A stretch of 64,000 nt of DNA, from the NCBI RefSeq assembly GCF_006345805.1, contig NC_043004.1:98952001-99016000 (forward strand). The letters run 5' to 3'. Below are positions 52,135 through 64,000 of the stretch, one piece after another. This DNA comes from Octopus sinensis. Its lineage: Eukaryota. The notes beneath the pieces are model-generated. The model made no database searches. It was given only the letters and a program-made list of their open reading frames with translations, and was not told the DNA's origin. How positions within the stretch are numbered: position 1 is the stretch's first letter; the number at the start of each line of letters is the position of its first letter. A program made the position numbers and the translations under genes.

Positions 52135-53342
52135 GCTCCTTCTTCCCTTCCTTCCTGAGCGTCCAATAATACTATATTTGTTCCACGTCCTCGCGTTGTT
52201 GTGTTTTCTCTTTATGTTTTCATGTTTGGATTAACTATATATATAGACACATATGTATATCTGATGAGTTTCAATTTTCATTGGCCAAATCCACTCACAA
52301 AGCTTTGAGCAACTTTGTTTCCATGCCATGAGATTGAACCCCAAACTGCATGGTTGGGAAATGAACTTTTTAACCACATAGCCATGCACATCAAGCATAT
52401 ATGCATTATATATTGGTTTCAGATTTTGGCACAAGGCCAGCAATTTCAGAGGTGGATTAAGTATTACATTGACCCCAGGGCTCAACTGGTACCTATTTCA
52501 TCAAGCCTGAAAGGTTGAAAGGCATGGGACCTTGCGTTGGGGAAGCAAACTTCAGGTCACATAGTCACACTTGCACCTATTATGTATTACTAATCACTAG
52601 CCTGACAAAATACTTGACATTTCATTATTCTCTGACCCTAGTGCATAACTGGTACTTAATTTATCGACTGCCGAAAGGATGAACGGGAAAATCGACCTTG
52701 GCGGAATTTGAACTCAGAACATAACGGCAGACGAAATACTGTTAAGCTTTTCGCCCGGCTGTTTCTTTTTAAATATTAACAAATACACGTACATACATAA
52801 CACATACACACACATATATTCAGATACATGAATGCATAAATACATGCATGTGTATGTGTGTGTGTGTACATGCTTGTGTGTATACACATACATTTATAAA
52901 CATATACACACACACGCACACATATATATATACATATATATATATATTATATATATATATATACATATACACACACATATACAATCCATATCAATACCAA
53001 TTAACCTAAATGTACACAATACAATGCATCGACATGCTTTACATACTATCAATGTCTGTCTCTCTTTCTTTCTCTCTGTCTCTTTCTTTCGTTCTCCCGC
53101 TCTCCCTTTGTCTCTCTCTCTGTCTCTTTCTTTTTCTTTCACTCTGTCTCTCTCTCTGTCTCTTTCTATCGCTCCCTCTCTCTTTATTTTTCTCTTAACT
53201 CTTACTTCTCTCTCTCTCTCTCTCTCTCAAGTGCATCCTCATATTTTCATATTGCCGTTAAGTTATAACATCACAAAACCACCACTACCTCCACAGCCAC
53301 AACACACACACACACACACACACAGACACACACACACACACA

Positions 53343-53375
<33 letters not shown>

Positions 53376-53728
53376 AACACGCACTCACACACATACACAC
53401 ACATTCTGATTATTCAGCAGAATGTAAAGCCGACGAACATTTTGGCGTATTCTACAGTGATCTATTTGTCAAAACTTTAGCACCCTTGTGTCTGAGATAT
53501 CTCCATTCATAATCATAATGACTCGAATATTACGAGAGTTCAATAATAATGTTTCAACGATGGTAATCATGATAAGCAGAATGAAAACGTATGCTTATAA
53601 ATAATGTCTGCAATAATCTTCTTTGACTGGGTGTTAAAATACACCCATATCTTTTATTATTAGCTAGATATTGTGAAAGCTTTCAGTTAGATTTAAAACG
53701 CTTAGAAACTTTGCTTTATATTTTGGTT

Positions 53729-54125
53729 CATCATCATCATTGTTCGACCGTGGTCGAGACAATGGAATTTACCATGCTACGCCAGACTTCACGGTCCATC
53801 ATGGCATTACGGAGGTCCTGTTGCTAGATGCCTGTATCCCTGGAGATTACATCAGGGTAGGAGAGTGTGCGCCCTCTGGTATTGCGAGTAGATGGCTTCC
53901 AGAGGAGAAGAGTAGAAATTACTTCTTTTTCAGCTCTACAACAATGTCCAGCAAACTGGACTCTCCTACCTTTCACAAGAGATGACACAGGTGGTAGTTT
54001 CCCATATATTTGCATTTTGGCTGGATGGCGCTTCCACAAGAGATTTTGAGCTCTCATAAGGAGGCGAGTGTAGGTTCCATCCAACCGCCTCTCAAGCTTC
54101 TTTGATAGCGTCCAGGTTTCTGCCA
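53729..54125 (-). mobile_element. RTE-X-like LINE 3' end with (GAT)n tail
   Basis: ORF 53824..54084 MDGTYTRLLMRAQN...IYGKLPPVSSLVKGRRVQFAGHCCRAEKEVISTLLLWKP...RGRTLSYPDVISRD. Confidence 0.85.
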
Positions 54126-54136
54126 GCTCACCACCC

Positions 54137-54171
<35 letters not shown>

Positions 54172-54377
54172 TTTTGGTAATTTGGGGGATCACACATAGA
54201 TACATGCATATAAACACAAGCACACAACAACAATAACAACGTCAATAAGGGTGGTGGTCATGGTGATGATGATGATGATGATTATGACGACAACAACAAC
54301 GATGATTTCTTTTATTTGAACCAAGGTGAAGGATGAGGTGTACAATACAATGACAGACATAATGTGTTGGGTTTTAC

Positions 54378-54528
54378 ATCATCGTTTAACGTCCTCTTTC
54401 CATGCTAGCATGGGTTGGACGGTTCAACTGGGGTCTGGGAAGCCCGAAGGCTGCACCAGGCCAGTCAGATCTGGCAGTGTTTCTACAGCTGGATACCCTT
54501 CCTAACGCCAACCACTCCATGAGTGTAG
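54378..54528 (-). mobile_element. RTE 3' UTR terminal fragment
   Basis: Reverse complement of the 27410-27560 sequence. Confidence 0.85.
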
Positions 54529-54858
54529 AATGAAATGAGAATGAAGTGATAAAAATAAAATTTAAAAAATATAATATGTAGAAAGTATATACTGTGTATA
54601 CAATAAAACAAAGAAGGGCAGTTTACATGTTATATATACAATGATAATGATAACAATTTGAGATTTTGGCACAAGGACTGCAGTTTTGGAGGAGGTTTAC
54701 GACAATTACTTCAACTCCAGTGTTTAACTGGTGCTCATTTTATTGACCCTGAAAGGGATGAACGGTAAAAGCAGAATTTGAACTCAGAATGCAAAGATGG
54801 AAGAAATGCTGCTAAACATTTTGCCAGGCATACTAATGATTCTGCCAGCTCACCACCC

Positions 54859-54899
<41 letters not shown>

Positions 54900-54909
54900 T
54901 AATAATAAT

Positions 54910-55102
54910 TTGCCGGTGGCACGTAAAAGCACCCACTACACTCTCGGAGTGGTTGGCGTTAGAAAGGGCATCCAGCTGTTGAAACTCTGCCAGATCAAGA
55001 CTGGAGCCTGGTGCAGCCATCTGGTTTGCCAGCTCACAGTCAAACCATCCAAACCCATGCTAGCATGGAAAGCAGACGTTAAATGATGATGATTATGATG
55101 AT
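54910..55102 (+). mobile_element. RTE 3' UTR terminal fragment with (GAT)n tail
   Basis: GCACCCACTACACTCTCGGAGTGGTTGGCGTTAG...AGCATGGAAAGCAGACGTTAAATGATGATG. Confidence 0.85.
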
Positions 55103-55608
55103 GCCACTAGCCCAGAAGGGATATAAGAGATGCCATGACAATATAGCCATGCTTGTCTGTTGGACACTGCAACAAGTATGGACTTGACAGAGCAAAAAAT
55201 TGGTACAATCACAAACCCAAAGGCAACATCGAAAATAGAAATGCAAAGACCCTATGGGATTTTATGATTCAGTGCGACCATGAGATAGAGAATAGAAAAC
55301 CAGATATAGTCTTAATTGAGAAAAAAAAAAAACTATGCTGGATCATAGATATAGCATACTCAGCTAACAAAAAGGTATGCAATAAGGAAGAAAGAAAAGT
55401 TGAGAGATATGAGAGGTTAGCTTGGGAAGTTAAGCAGTTGTGGTCGATGAAAAAGGTAGCAGTAGTACCAATAATTGTTGGAGCCCTGGGAACAGTGAGC
55501 AAAAATCTCGAGAAATACATAGAACAAATAGGGGCTGCAATAAGGGTGGAGCACTTGCAGAAAACAGCACTGCTTGGAACTGCTCAAATACTCCGGAAGG
55601 TGAACTAA
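55103..55608 (+). mobile_element. R4/Dong/Rex6-like non-LTR retrotransposon C-terminus (restriction-like endonuclease)
   Basis: LAQKGYKRCHDNIA (RHD-type motif), then WDFMIQCDHEIENRKPDIVLIEKKKKLCWIIDIA (PD..D-x RLE core), KVERYERLAWEV and VVPIIVGALG..LQKTALLGTAQILRKV. Confidence 0.88.
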
Positions 55609-56496
55609 GCTAACACCCCTTATTTTTTAAGCAATGTTCCCGTGAAATAGCAGGCCATTTACTGAGTTATTCCCCTTCCCAGTAATGACTGGTACTCATT
55701 TTCAAAGAGGCTAGTTGTTTATCACCCCAAATTGTTTCCCACGAAGACAAGCTAATTATTATGAATGGTACTTTTCAAAGTCACTAAGATTAGTGAGAGG
55801 CAAACAAGGATGTTATCCTTCAACTGAGACCTGAATACAGAAAACTGAGAGGAGTCCCCTAAAGACTACTATATATGAGATTATGATGTTAAATCAGGTA
55901 ACAGATTATGTCTACTTTTCATGAACAGCAACAGCTCCTCTTCAGGTGGGCTTCCACACAGTTTCTTCCAAGGAAATTCCATTTTGGTATTTGGTTGACT
56001 CAAGGCTAAGGTACCTACTGAGTAACATTGATTCTAGAACCACAGTCCAAAGCAAACTTTTTAAACACACATCCATGTCCATGCCTAATTCTTTGCAAAA
56101 GTCAGTAATTTGGTAAAAACTCAGAACTAGTATAAAGAAACTATCTTTATTATTGCATTACCAAAAAATTTTCATACATATATCATGTCCAGCTGATGCT
56201 TGCAAATAATTGCTAATACATGCAGATATATGCAAAATTACTCAATATATAATTTTCAGTTTTCAAACAGACAATTTTTTTCACACTATCAGCAATCTCC
56301 ACAGCTAAAGGCTTTCAAATAAATAACGGTAGTTTCTATCTACACTGTATAGCTCCCAGCTATTATGCGATTTTTGCTATGTTCTATATAGTATATCATG
56401 TATGTATGTATGTATGTATGTATGTATGTATGTATGTATGTATGCAAGCATCTATCAATCTAACTATATCTACACACACACACATGCACACATATA

Positions 56497-57083
56497 CACA
56501 GACATGCAGGAAATAAATAGACACCTTTAATTTTCAAAATCTTTTATCTGATATCAATTGGTTGAAAGAGAGGTTTTCTTCTATCTGCTCATCCATAATA
56601 CCCAAGCTTATGCAGATATGTAACACACGTTCTTGGACTAACTTCTAGCTGTTTTCCAATGTCAGAAACCTTCGAACTGGGTTTGTTTCCCCACAATTCT
56701 CTTGAAACAGCGAAGCTTCCTTTCCGAGGGCCCAGGTCAGCTAGGATGAGAATCTGTTGATTCTTTTCCTCGGCTTCTGAATTGCACTATAATTCTAATA
56801 ACAGTAGCAAGAGGAATTTGAAGATTTTCAGCAATTTTTCGCTGGCTGAGACCAACAATATTGCCCAATGTTGCCCAACAATATGACCTCTTTAAAAATC
56901 TGACAGTTGTGCTGAATTTTTTGTGCATGGCTTGGTTACTCTTCACAAATGTTTAATATAATGGTACCTGGAATGAAAAAGAATAATTACATTGTAAATT
57001 CTACACCGCTGAAAACATATCAAGATGCTTAGATATGAAATTTTGAAAATTAAAGGTGTCTATTTACTTCCTGCATGTCTGTG
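56497..57083 (-). mobile_element. Internally deleted Tc1-family element (44-bp TIRs, TA TSD, transposase N-terminal HTH)
   Basis: TIR CACAGACATGCAGGAAATAAATAGACACCTTTAATTTTCAAAAT at 56497-56540 and inverted at 57040-57083 (1 mismatch). [28 protein letters not shown] resembles the Tc1 paired-like HTH. Confidence 0.92.
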
Positions 57084-57286
57084 TATATGTCCAAGAATTT
57101 GTGTATACTGGTGTTTTGGGTTGCTTTCCTTTTTGTCAAAAGCATAACTTAGTAAATCAATAAACATATATCAATAAAATAAGTGCAACACTGAAATATA
57201 TACTGCAGACCCTTGAAGGCTGTGCCCTATCATGTTCAGAGTACGTTTGAAACTACAAAGAGATTTAAGGAAAAACTATATATATA

Positions 57287-57700
57287 GGTGCAGGAGTGGC
57301 TGTGTGGTAAGTAGCTTGCTTACAAACCACATGGTTCCAGGTTCAGTCCCACTGCGTGGCATCTTGGGCAAGTGTCTTCAACTATAGCCCCGGGCCGCCC
57401 AAAGCCTTGTGAGTGGATTTGGTAGACAGAAACTGAAAGAAGCACATCGTATATATGTATATATATATATATATGTGTGTGTGTATGTTTATGTGTCTGT
57501 GTTTGTCCCCCTAGCATTGCTTGACAACCGATGCTGGTGTGTTTACATCGCCGTCACTTAGCGGTTCGGCAAAAAAGACCGATAGAATAAGTACTGGGCT
57601 TACAAAGAACAAGTTCTGGGGTCGATTTGCTTGACTAAAGGCGGTGCACCAGCATGGCCACAGTCAAATGACTGAAACAAGTAAAAGAGAGTAAAGAGAG
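57287..57700 (+). mobile_element. SINE family A, full length
   Basis: Family A head, core and tail. Confidence 0.9.
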
Positions 57701-57769
57701 TATATATGTCTATAAGACTATATAAATACATGTCTATATATATATATATTTGTGTGTATGTGTGCATAA

Positions 57770-57808
<39 letters not shown>

Positions 57809-57908
57809 CAAAATTAAGGGTGAAAAAATTGGATATTAATTTAATAATAACATCAATTTAACATCAAGTGGCTTAGTGCATAAAAACCAGGGATACAATA
57901 AAAATTTA

Positions 57909-58148
57909 TACACAAATATAAGAGAGTGTCCACTATGTGGTCGACTCTTGCGCTAAAAATAGATCTGCTATGGTCTCAACCACCAAGAATTGTTTCCAAG
58001 GAGAATTAGCACAACTATGAGCGTAAACAAGCAGGACAAATGAAAAATAACATAAATATAGATACATTTGTAGTTGGTTGAGACCATAGCGGATCTATTT
58101 TTAGCTCAAGAGTCGACCACATAGTAGACGCTCTCTTATATTTGTGTA
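57909..58148. repeat. Inverted repeat, 74-bp arms (70/74 identical), 92-bp spacer
   Basis: 57909-57982 versus the reverse complement of 58075-58148. Confidence 0.95.
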
Positions 58149-58767
58149 TATATATATATATATATACATATACTCACTTGCATGCATGTACATATATACA
58201 TGCAATCATACACACATGAGCACACACAAATATATACACATTACATACACATAGGAAGGGTGTATGTATTGTGAGTGTATGCAGCTACCCGAAAATGACT
58301 CTTTCACATGCATAAAATGTTTCCTCTCTTGATAAAGATGTGTATATAGGCAGTAAGATGAATATTTGCGTGTGATGTTACGTGCTTATCTGTGTCTGTG
58401 TACATGTGTGTGTGTGTTTGTGTTTGTGAGTGTTTGTGTATGTGACTGTACATTTTCACGCAATCTCTTACATATATACATATACATATGTGCATGCGAT
58501 ATATGCAAATCTCATAGTGTAACAATGTGTGCATACGTATGCAGCTGACAGCCAAAACTCCTTTGGGAAGAACTTTCAAGACCAGTTGCAAAAATGACGT
58601 GTTCAGCTGGCATGGAAATACAAAAGGATATGTATCAGAGCAAACGGTCGAAGTTCCTTGGAAATTCAAACAAGCGGAACTCTTGAAAAATGACAACAAG
58701 TTGTAAATGAAACAAAAGAAGAATGTAAACAAAACTTGCAATTTGGCACCAAAGTGTACATAGAAAC

Positions 58768-58782
58768 AGTAGTAGTAGTAGC

Positions 58783-58818
<36 letters not shown>

Positions 58819-58840
58819 TTTGGTGGTGGTGGTGGTGGTG

Positions 58841-58896
<56 letters not shown>

Positions 58897-59071
58897 TTTG
58901 GTGGTGGTTTTGGTGGTGGTAGTAGTAGTGGTAGTAGTAGTGGTGGCGGCGGTGGGGGGGTAGTAGTAGTAGTAGTAGTAGTAGGAGGAGGAGGAGGAGG
59001 AGAAGAAGAAGAAGAAGAAGAAGGAGAAGAAGGAGAAGAAGAAGAAGAAGAAGAAGAAGAAGAAGAAGAAG

Positions 59072-59103
<32 letters not shown>

Positions 59104-59148
59104 GAAGAAGAAGAAGAAAAAAACAGCAGCAGTAGCAGCAGCAGCAAC
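58768..59148. repeat. Compound trinucleotide array (AGT)n(GGT)n(GGA)n(GAA)n(GCA)n
   Basis: Directly visible; source of ORFs 58635..59327 and 58736..58963. Confidence 0.95.
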
Positions 59149-59273
59149 TGAAAATATGGGATTGACGAGAATAGGAGAGAATAATGATGCCTTAGATACA
59201 GTCCTAAATTGACAGCCATTGTCTCAGATGTACACTGAAATATATATGCAGACACACACACATGCACACACAT

Positions 59274-59326
<53 letters not shown>

Positions 59327-59690
59327 AACATACACATGCTTAGCTGCATTAATTTTGATGTGTGAGAAATTCATATATATGTACACGCATGCATGTATAT
59401 ACATATATGCATAGACACACTGACACACATACACACACACACAAATGCATACAAACACACACCAACATACTCCGATATATACATAAGAGTAAGTATGACG
59501 TGCTCGGTACGACTACTTCCAAAGTGAAGAGAGAACTCAACAACTTAGTAGAGTAAAGACTTTATTTTAGATATTGGAAACTTCAACACCACGCAATAGC
59601 TTGTACGAGGTGCATTCCAGAAGTTTTGAAACTCTCTTTTTAGGAGAGGTAGTTATAACAGTCCTATATTACTGTGATTTTGATATATCT

Positions 59691-60093
59691 TCTTTATATA
59701 TAAAAGTGAGGTTGTGTGGTGTCTGTCTCCTATGATTTAGATTCCTAACTACTCCCACATTTTGCGGTGCAGTTTAACCAAAACCGGGTATCTTATAGTC
59801 GTGATTCATATCGAGCCCTTCTGGGTATTAGCGTGCGTCTACGATGAGTCTACGATTAAAAAAAAATTTACCATCATTTTTTTCCATTTTAATGCATTTT
59901 TTCGCTATTATATAAGGGAAGTAACTCTCTAAAAATGTCTACGATGAGTCTACGATTTAAAAAAAAATTTACCATCATTTTTTTTTTCCATTTTTAATGC
60001 ATTTTTTTGCTATTTTTTGGCTATAACTCTCTAAAAATTCTTATATAGTTATTTCCCTTACAAACCCGAGCAACACTGGGCGATACTGCTAGT
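59691..60093 (+). mobile_element. Non-autonomous Helitron-like element with an internal ~100-bp tandem repeat
   Basis: 5' TCTTTATATATAAAAGTGAGGTTG; 3' hairpin-like CCCGAGCAACACTGGG followed by CTAGT. GTCTACGATGAGTCTACGATT block at about 59837 and 59937. Confidence 0.7.
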
Positions 60094-60095
60094 CA

Positions 60096-60314
60096 ATATC
60101 TAAAAAGCTGAAATGTGAAAACGTTGTTTGATTTCTTGGTTATTCGTCTCATTTTGGCATGGGAAAGGTTTGGGGTCGGATTGGCACCAAAATTTACACA
60201 GGGGTGTAAAATGAGGTGGGCAATGGTGTAAGGAGGGTTGCAAGTCCCTCGGGGCTACCGTTTGGTTGCCATCACCACCAAAACCCAAGCGAAGCACAGG
60301 TCGAAGTAGCTAGT
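60096..60314 (+). mobile_element. Second Helitron-like element, head-to-tail with the first
   Basis: 5' ATATCTAAAAGCTGAAATG; 3' AACCCAAGCGAAGCACAGGTCGAAGTAGCTAGT. Confidence 0.5.
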
Positions 60315-61500
60315 CATTATTATACAGCTAATAAACTGTCTTACCAACTTTTGTTTTCTCAGATTAAAGAAAACAGCTGGAACAACACTTTGAAGTCACT
60401 CTACTAATCACTGCTTTGACAGTTGACTAGTTTGCAGAATGTAGATGGGACATGAAGATGAGATGGGAACTTGATATGAAATAAATATCTTTGCTACAAA
60501 AACTTAGGAAATGCTCCAGACTGCTTATGGGTTAACTTGTATGGGCCCCAACATCTGTTTTACACAAGCATAAGAGGCCTGGCAATGTAAGATCACAGGA
60601 GGCTCATGATGCTACTGTTTTTTTGTTAACTGAAAGAACAGTATCCACATCCATTGGGTTTCCTCTCATCAGAAGGTCAACAATTAATACTTTGTGTGGG
60701 GGTTTTGAAGGAAGAGATTTTGTTGCAGACGGCCAGAGCCCCTGCCCCAAAAAAATGCACCAGTCCACAATTCCATCTTAGTGAGCAGCTACTTGACAGA
60801 GGTGGACATCAAGACTGTCCATCATCCTTTCTATATTCCAAGCCTTGTTCCCTGTGACTTTTGGTTGTTCCCAAGTTGAAAGAGAACCTCAGGAAGAGTC
60901 ATTTTGAGGACATCTAGAAGATGAAGGAGACTGCAATGAAGATCCTGGACACTTTGCAACGAAGGTCCTGGACAATTTGGAAGACTTTCACGTGGCCTCC
61001 ACTGAATAGCTGTAGTGCTGCAACAAGCACATTGAAGTCAGAAGACCCTACTTTTGAAGGAGGCTAGAGTTTGTACTTTTTTGAAATTAATGTCTCTTCT
61101 AGAGAAGTCTCAAAACTCCAGGAATGCTCCTTGTAGTTTTGTTTACAATGACAATCTTCAATCTTATTTCCCCCTTTGTAGGAATAAGTGTAAATCAGAG
61201 GGATGGGAAGTGGTTCGCAAGTGTTCTCCTGCAGACTCTAGACTGAAGGATGTAACAGAAACAATGCTGTACTACTGGATGTTCATGTCTGTGTGTGGAG
61301 GAGGATAAGAAGATGGGTTGGAGGCTCTGTCAGTTTGTCAGAGAAAGTTTATTTATTCATTAGAAAATAAAGCAGAACATGTTTAATACGTCAGCCAATG
61401 AGAAAGTGTATGACTGGGAGGAGCGACATGACGATAAAAAAAAATTTAGAAATAGAAACTGTACAGGCTGGTTTGCAAGAGAGAGGGGGAGAGAAAGAGG

Positions 61501-61569
<69 letters not shown>

Positions 61570-62743
61570 CATTTCCCTGCCAAAAATTGTGTTTTGGGGA
61601 ATTACTATTTGGCTTTTAACCCATACAAAGATGAAGTATTATGTAAGGAAAGTTGTTTAGCTTTGTGCAGTTTGTTTTTGAGTAAAGAATTTTAAGGTCG
61701 ACAAATTTGCTTCCGAGACAACGAATGTTACAAGGAGAATAAATTAGAATGTGAAGGAAGTCATGCAGTGGTTGTAATGACGAATTCCTTGGTTTTCAAT
61801 TTTCATAATTTAATAGTTTATTTATGGGAGAGAAGATTGTATGTGGTGGTATAAAGTGAAGGAGGTGATGTTGAGGAGTAGAACTGAAACCAGGGAGAGA
61901 CATAGATGCTGACATGTGCATGAAGAACAAAGCAGTTATAAGTAGATGTACAGCAATACCTGGATATAAACATTATAGCAGAGTGACTGTGGTTTAGGAC
62001 ATCAAAAAGGTCACACCTACAGAAAAATGAGGTGTTCTCTGAAAACATTTGAGAGCATAGATACATGTGGAAGTACCTTGAATATAGGGAACTGATGTAG
62101 GGAGAGATATAATGATAGTCCCGCAGAATATGGATACATATATGGGGGCTTTTAATTTTGAGGGTAGGTGCAGGTATTCAAATACATACATACAGGTAAT
62201 GAAAGGTGAGGATCATGTAATTAGGCAAATGCAGTTCTGCATTCTTTCTGTCAATTAAACACCAATCAGAACGTCACTCTGATTTTATAATGGAAACCAT
62301 TTGGCCTTTATGGTGCACAGCAGGATCATTCTTGGACCATAAGGGTGTAATGTGATCTGATTAACAAATCATCACGATTGTACCCATATACTCATTTTTG
62401 TTGTCGTTTAGCACAAATCAGTTCTGAATGAGCTTTAACTGTGATGAAAAGCATTGCAGTCCATAACGATCTTCGTATTTTTCATCCAATGTGATTTCCA
62501 CTTGAAGATGACACAATGTGATTTGTGAAAGATTCCGTTATATTTTCTTACTCTTTTTTAGCAGGTTAAACAATAGTGGAGATCCTCTCGTTGGTATAGA
62601 TTACTATGTTGGCTTGCATATGATCTGAGATTTATTTCAGTTGAAAGCTAAAATAATTGAGGTAATGAAGAATATAATATTCTTTCCCAAAACTCTTAAT
62701 GACACAAAACTTGTGCCGTTGAGTTCAAATATTTTATCTATAT

Positions 62744-63133
62744 ACTAGCAGTATTGCCTGGCGTTGCTCGGGTTTGTTTCGACCATTTAGAATTGAAATT
62801 ATTAAAAAGTAAAAATTTTGCATTATGTAGCTTGCTACTCTCTTTAAGTGAACATTTTTCTGGTTGAAATACACTGGAAAATGGTGACACAGCAATCAAA
62901 AATCGTAAAAAATCGGGATTTTCATAGAAAAAAAGCACCCTTTTGATGTAAATAATTTTTGGTCTTAACATGGTCTGATTTGAATTTTATCTTCTATGGA
63001 ATGAAGAGCAAGCCTTCTTCTATCATACTCTCAACTTTGGTCAACTTGCGCCACAGAGTCTCAGAGGAGATAGTTTTAGTTGAAGGCTACCAAACCTGCC
63101 ACACACAGACAACTTCAGCTTTATATATAGAGA
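62744..63133 (-). mobile_element. Non-autonomous Helitron-like element
   Basis: Minus strand 5' TCTCTATATATAAAGCTGAAGTTG; 3' CAAACCCGAGCAACGCCAGGCAATACTGCTAGT, nearly identical to the 3' end at 60061-60093. Confidence 0.72.
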
Positions 63134-63712
63134 TTAGATAAAATATTTATCTATCTTGCTTCACCTGATTCGTATTCTGTCATGTTTTCATGATATTTTT
63201 CAAATACTTTTTATATGTGGTTGCTTCAGAAGAGGAAAGACAAAACTCACAACATTTTACTAAGCATCTGTGATTGGTAGTTAACAAGATGGAAACTGTT
63301 CTCAAACCAGAGTACTAGCCTAAATGAGGTAACAAAATTCATAGAACTAAAGGCAACCAGGGTCATATAGTGGTGTTAAAATAGACAAAAATATTTATGT
63401 CTACCAGCCAGGAACCAGAATTGTAATGCCAAAAGTTTTAAACTAAAAAAAGAAAAAACACATTTTTTTCCCCTTGAATCGAATATTGGTTTGGTCTAAT
63501 ATGATGTCGCTTTGGGAGATACTCTGATACGAATTGTGAACAACTAATTAAAAACGGGTACATTCAATTAAGTGTATCAAATGTACAACAAAACACAGAA
63601 TAATTTGTGTAAAGGCAGTGGCTGTTTGTTTAAACTGGTTATAAACATACTTGTTAGCATGATACCTTTGATTAGGTCTGTGATTAAATCTGAGGAGAAA
63701 AAAATCACTCCT

Positions 63713-63748
<36 letters not shown>

Positions 63749-63849
63749 ACTCTCACACACACACACATACGCACATACGCACAGTCATACAAACAAGTAT
63801 GCAAACATACATTCACATGCATATATATGTATGTATGTATATATGTATG

Positions 63850-63930
<81 letters not shown>

Positions 63931-64000
63931 CATACATATATCTTATTTACACACGCACATATATATTCAGTTAACAGATGCACACACACACACACACACA

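Larger units (their letters stand above)
59606..61133 (+). mobile_element. Old mariner element with TIRs and decayed transposase, hosting two Helitron-like inserts
   Basis: TA-flanked TIRs CGAGGTGCATTCCAGAAGTTTTGAAACT / reverse complement CAAGGAGCATTCCTGGAGTTTTGAGACT (23/28). Relic PCDFWLFPKLKENLR..FEDI at about 60848-60915. Confidence 0.8.

Noticed and set aside
58635-59327. 230-aa ORF with poly-L/P/S runs
   Set aside because: It arises from compound tri- and dinucleotide arrays.

Overview
AT-rich eukaryotic genomic DNA, saturated with microsatellites and transposon relics. The SINE families and repeat landscape look like a coleoid cephalopod, probably Octopus (inference from recognised repeat sequences, not a database search). 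No host protein-coding exon, tRNA or rRNA gene could be established, so the window is probably intergenic or inside a large intron. Every ORF with recognisable protein similarity is a decayed TE fragment: RTE, RTE-X, CR1/L2-like, R4/Dong-Rex6-like and Penelope-like retroelements, plus Tc1/mariner relics and non-autonomous Helitron-like elements. At least four tRNA-derived SINE families are present. The most interesting signal is a set of hammerhead-ribozyme (HHR) motifs. One is a 1.8-mer tandem of a ~475-bp hairpin-rich unit carrying a U3-variant type I HHR with palindromic stem III (50008-50857, minus strand; retrozyme or Penelope pLTR-like). Another is a canonical minimal HHR in the inverted terminus of a Penelope element (42037-42082), and a third is a variant HHR at 52100-52134. 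Other notable structures are a perfect 108-bp fold-back around a (TA)n tract, a perfect 58-bp palindrome, a 74-bp-arm inverted repeat, a SINE/LINE pair sharing a 3' tail, a SINE core with four interchangeable tails, and TSD-flanked SINE multimers. Coordinates were counted by hand and may be off by a few bases.
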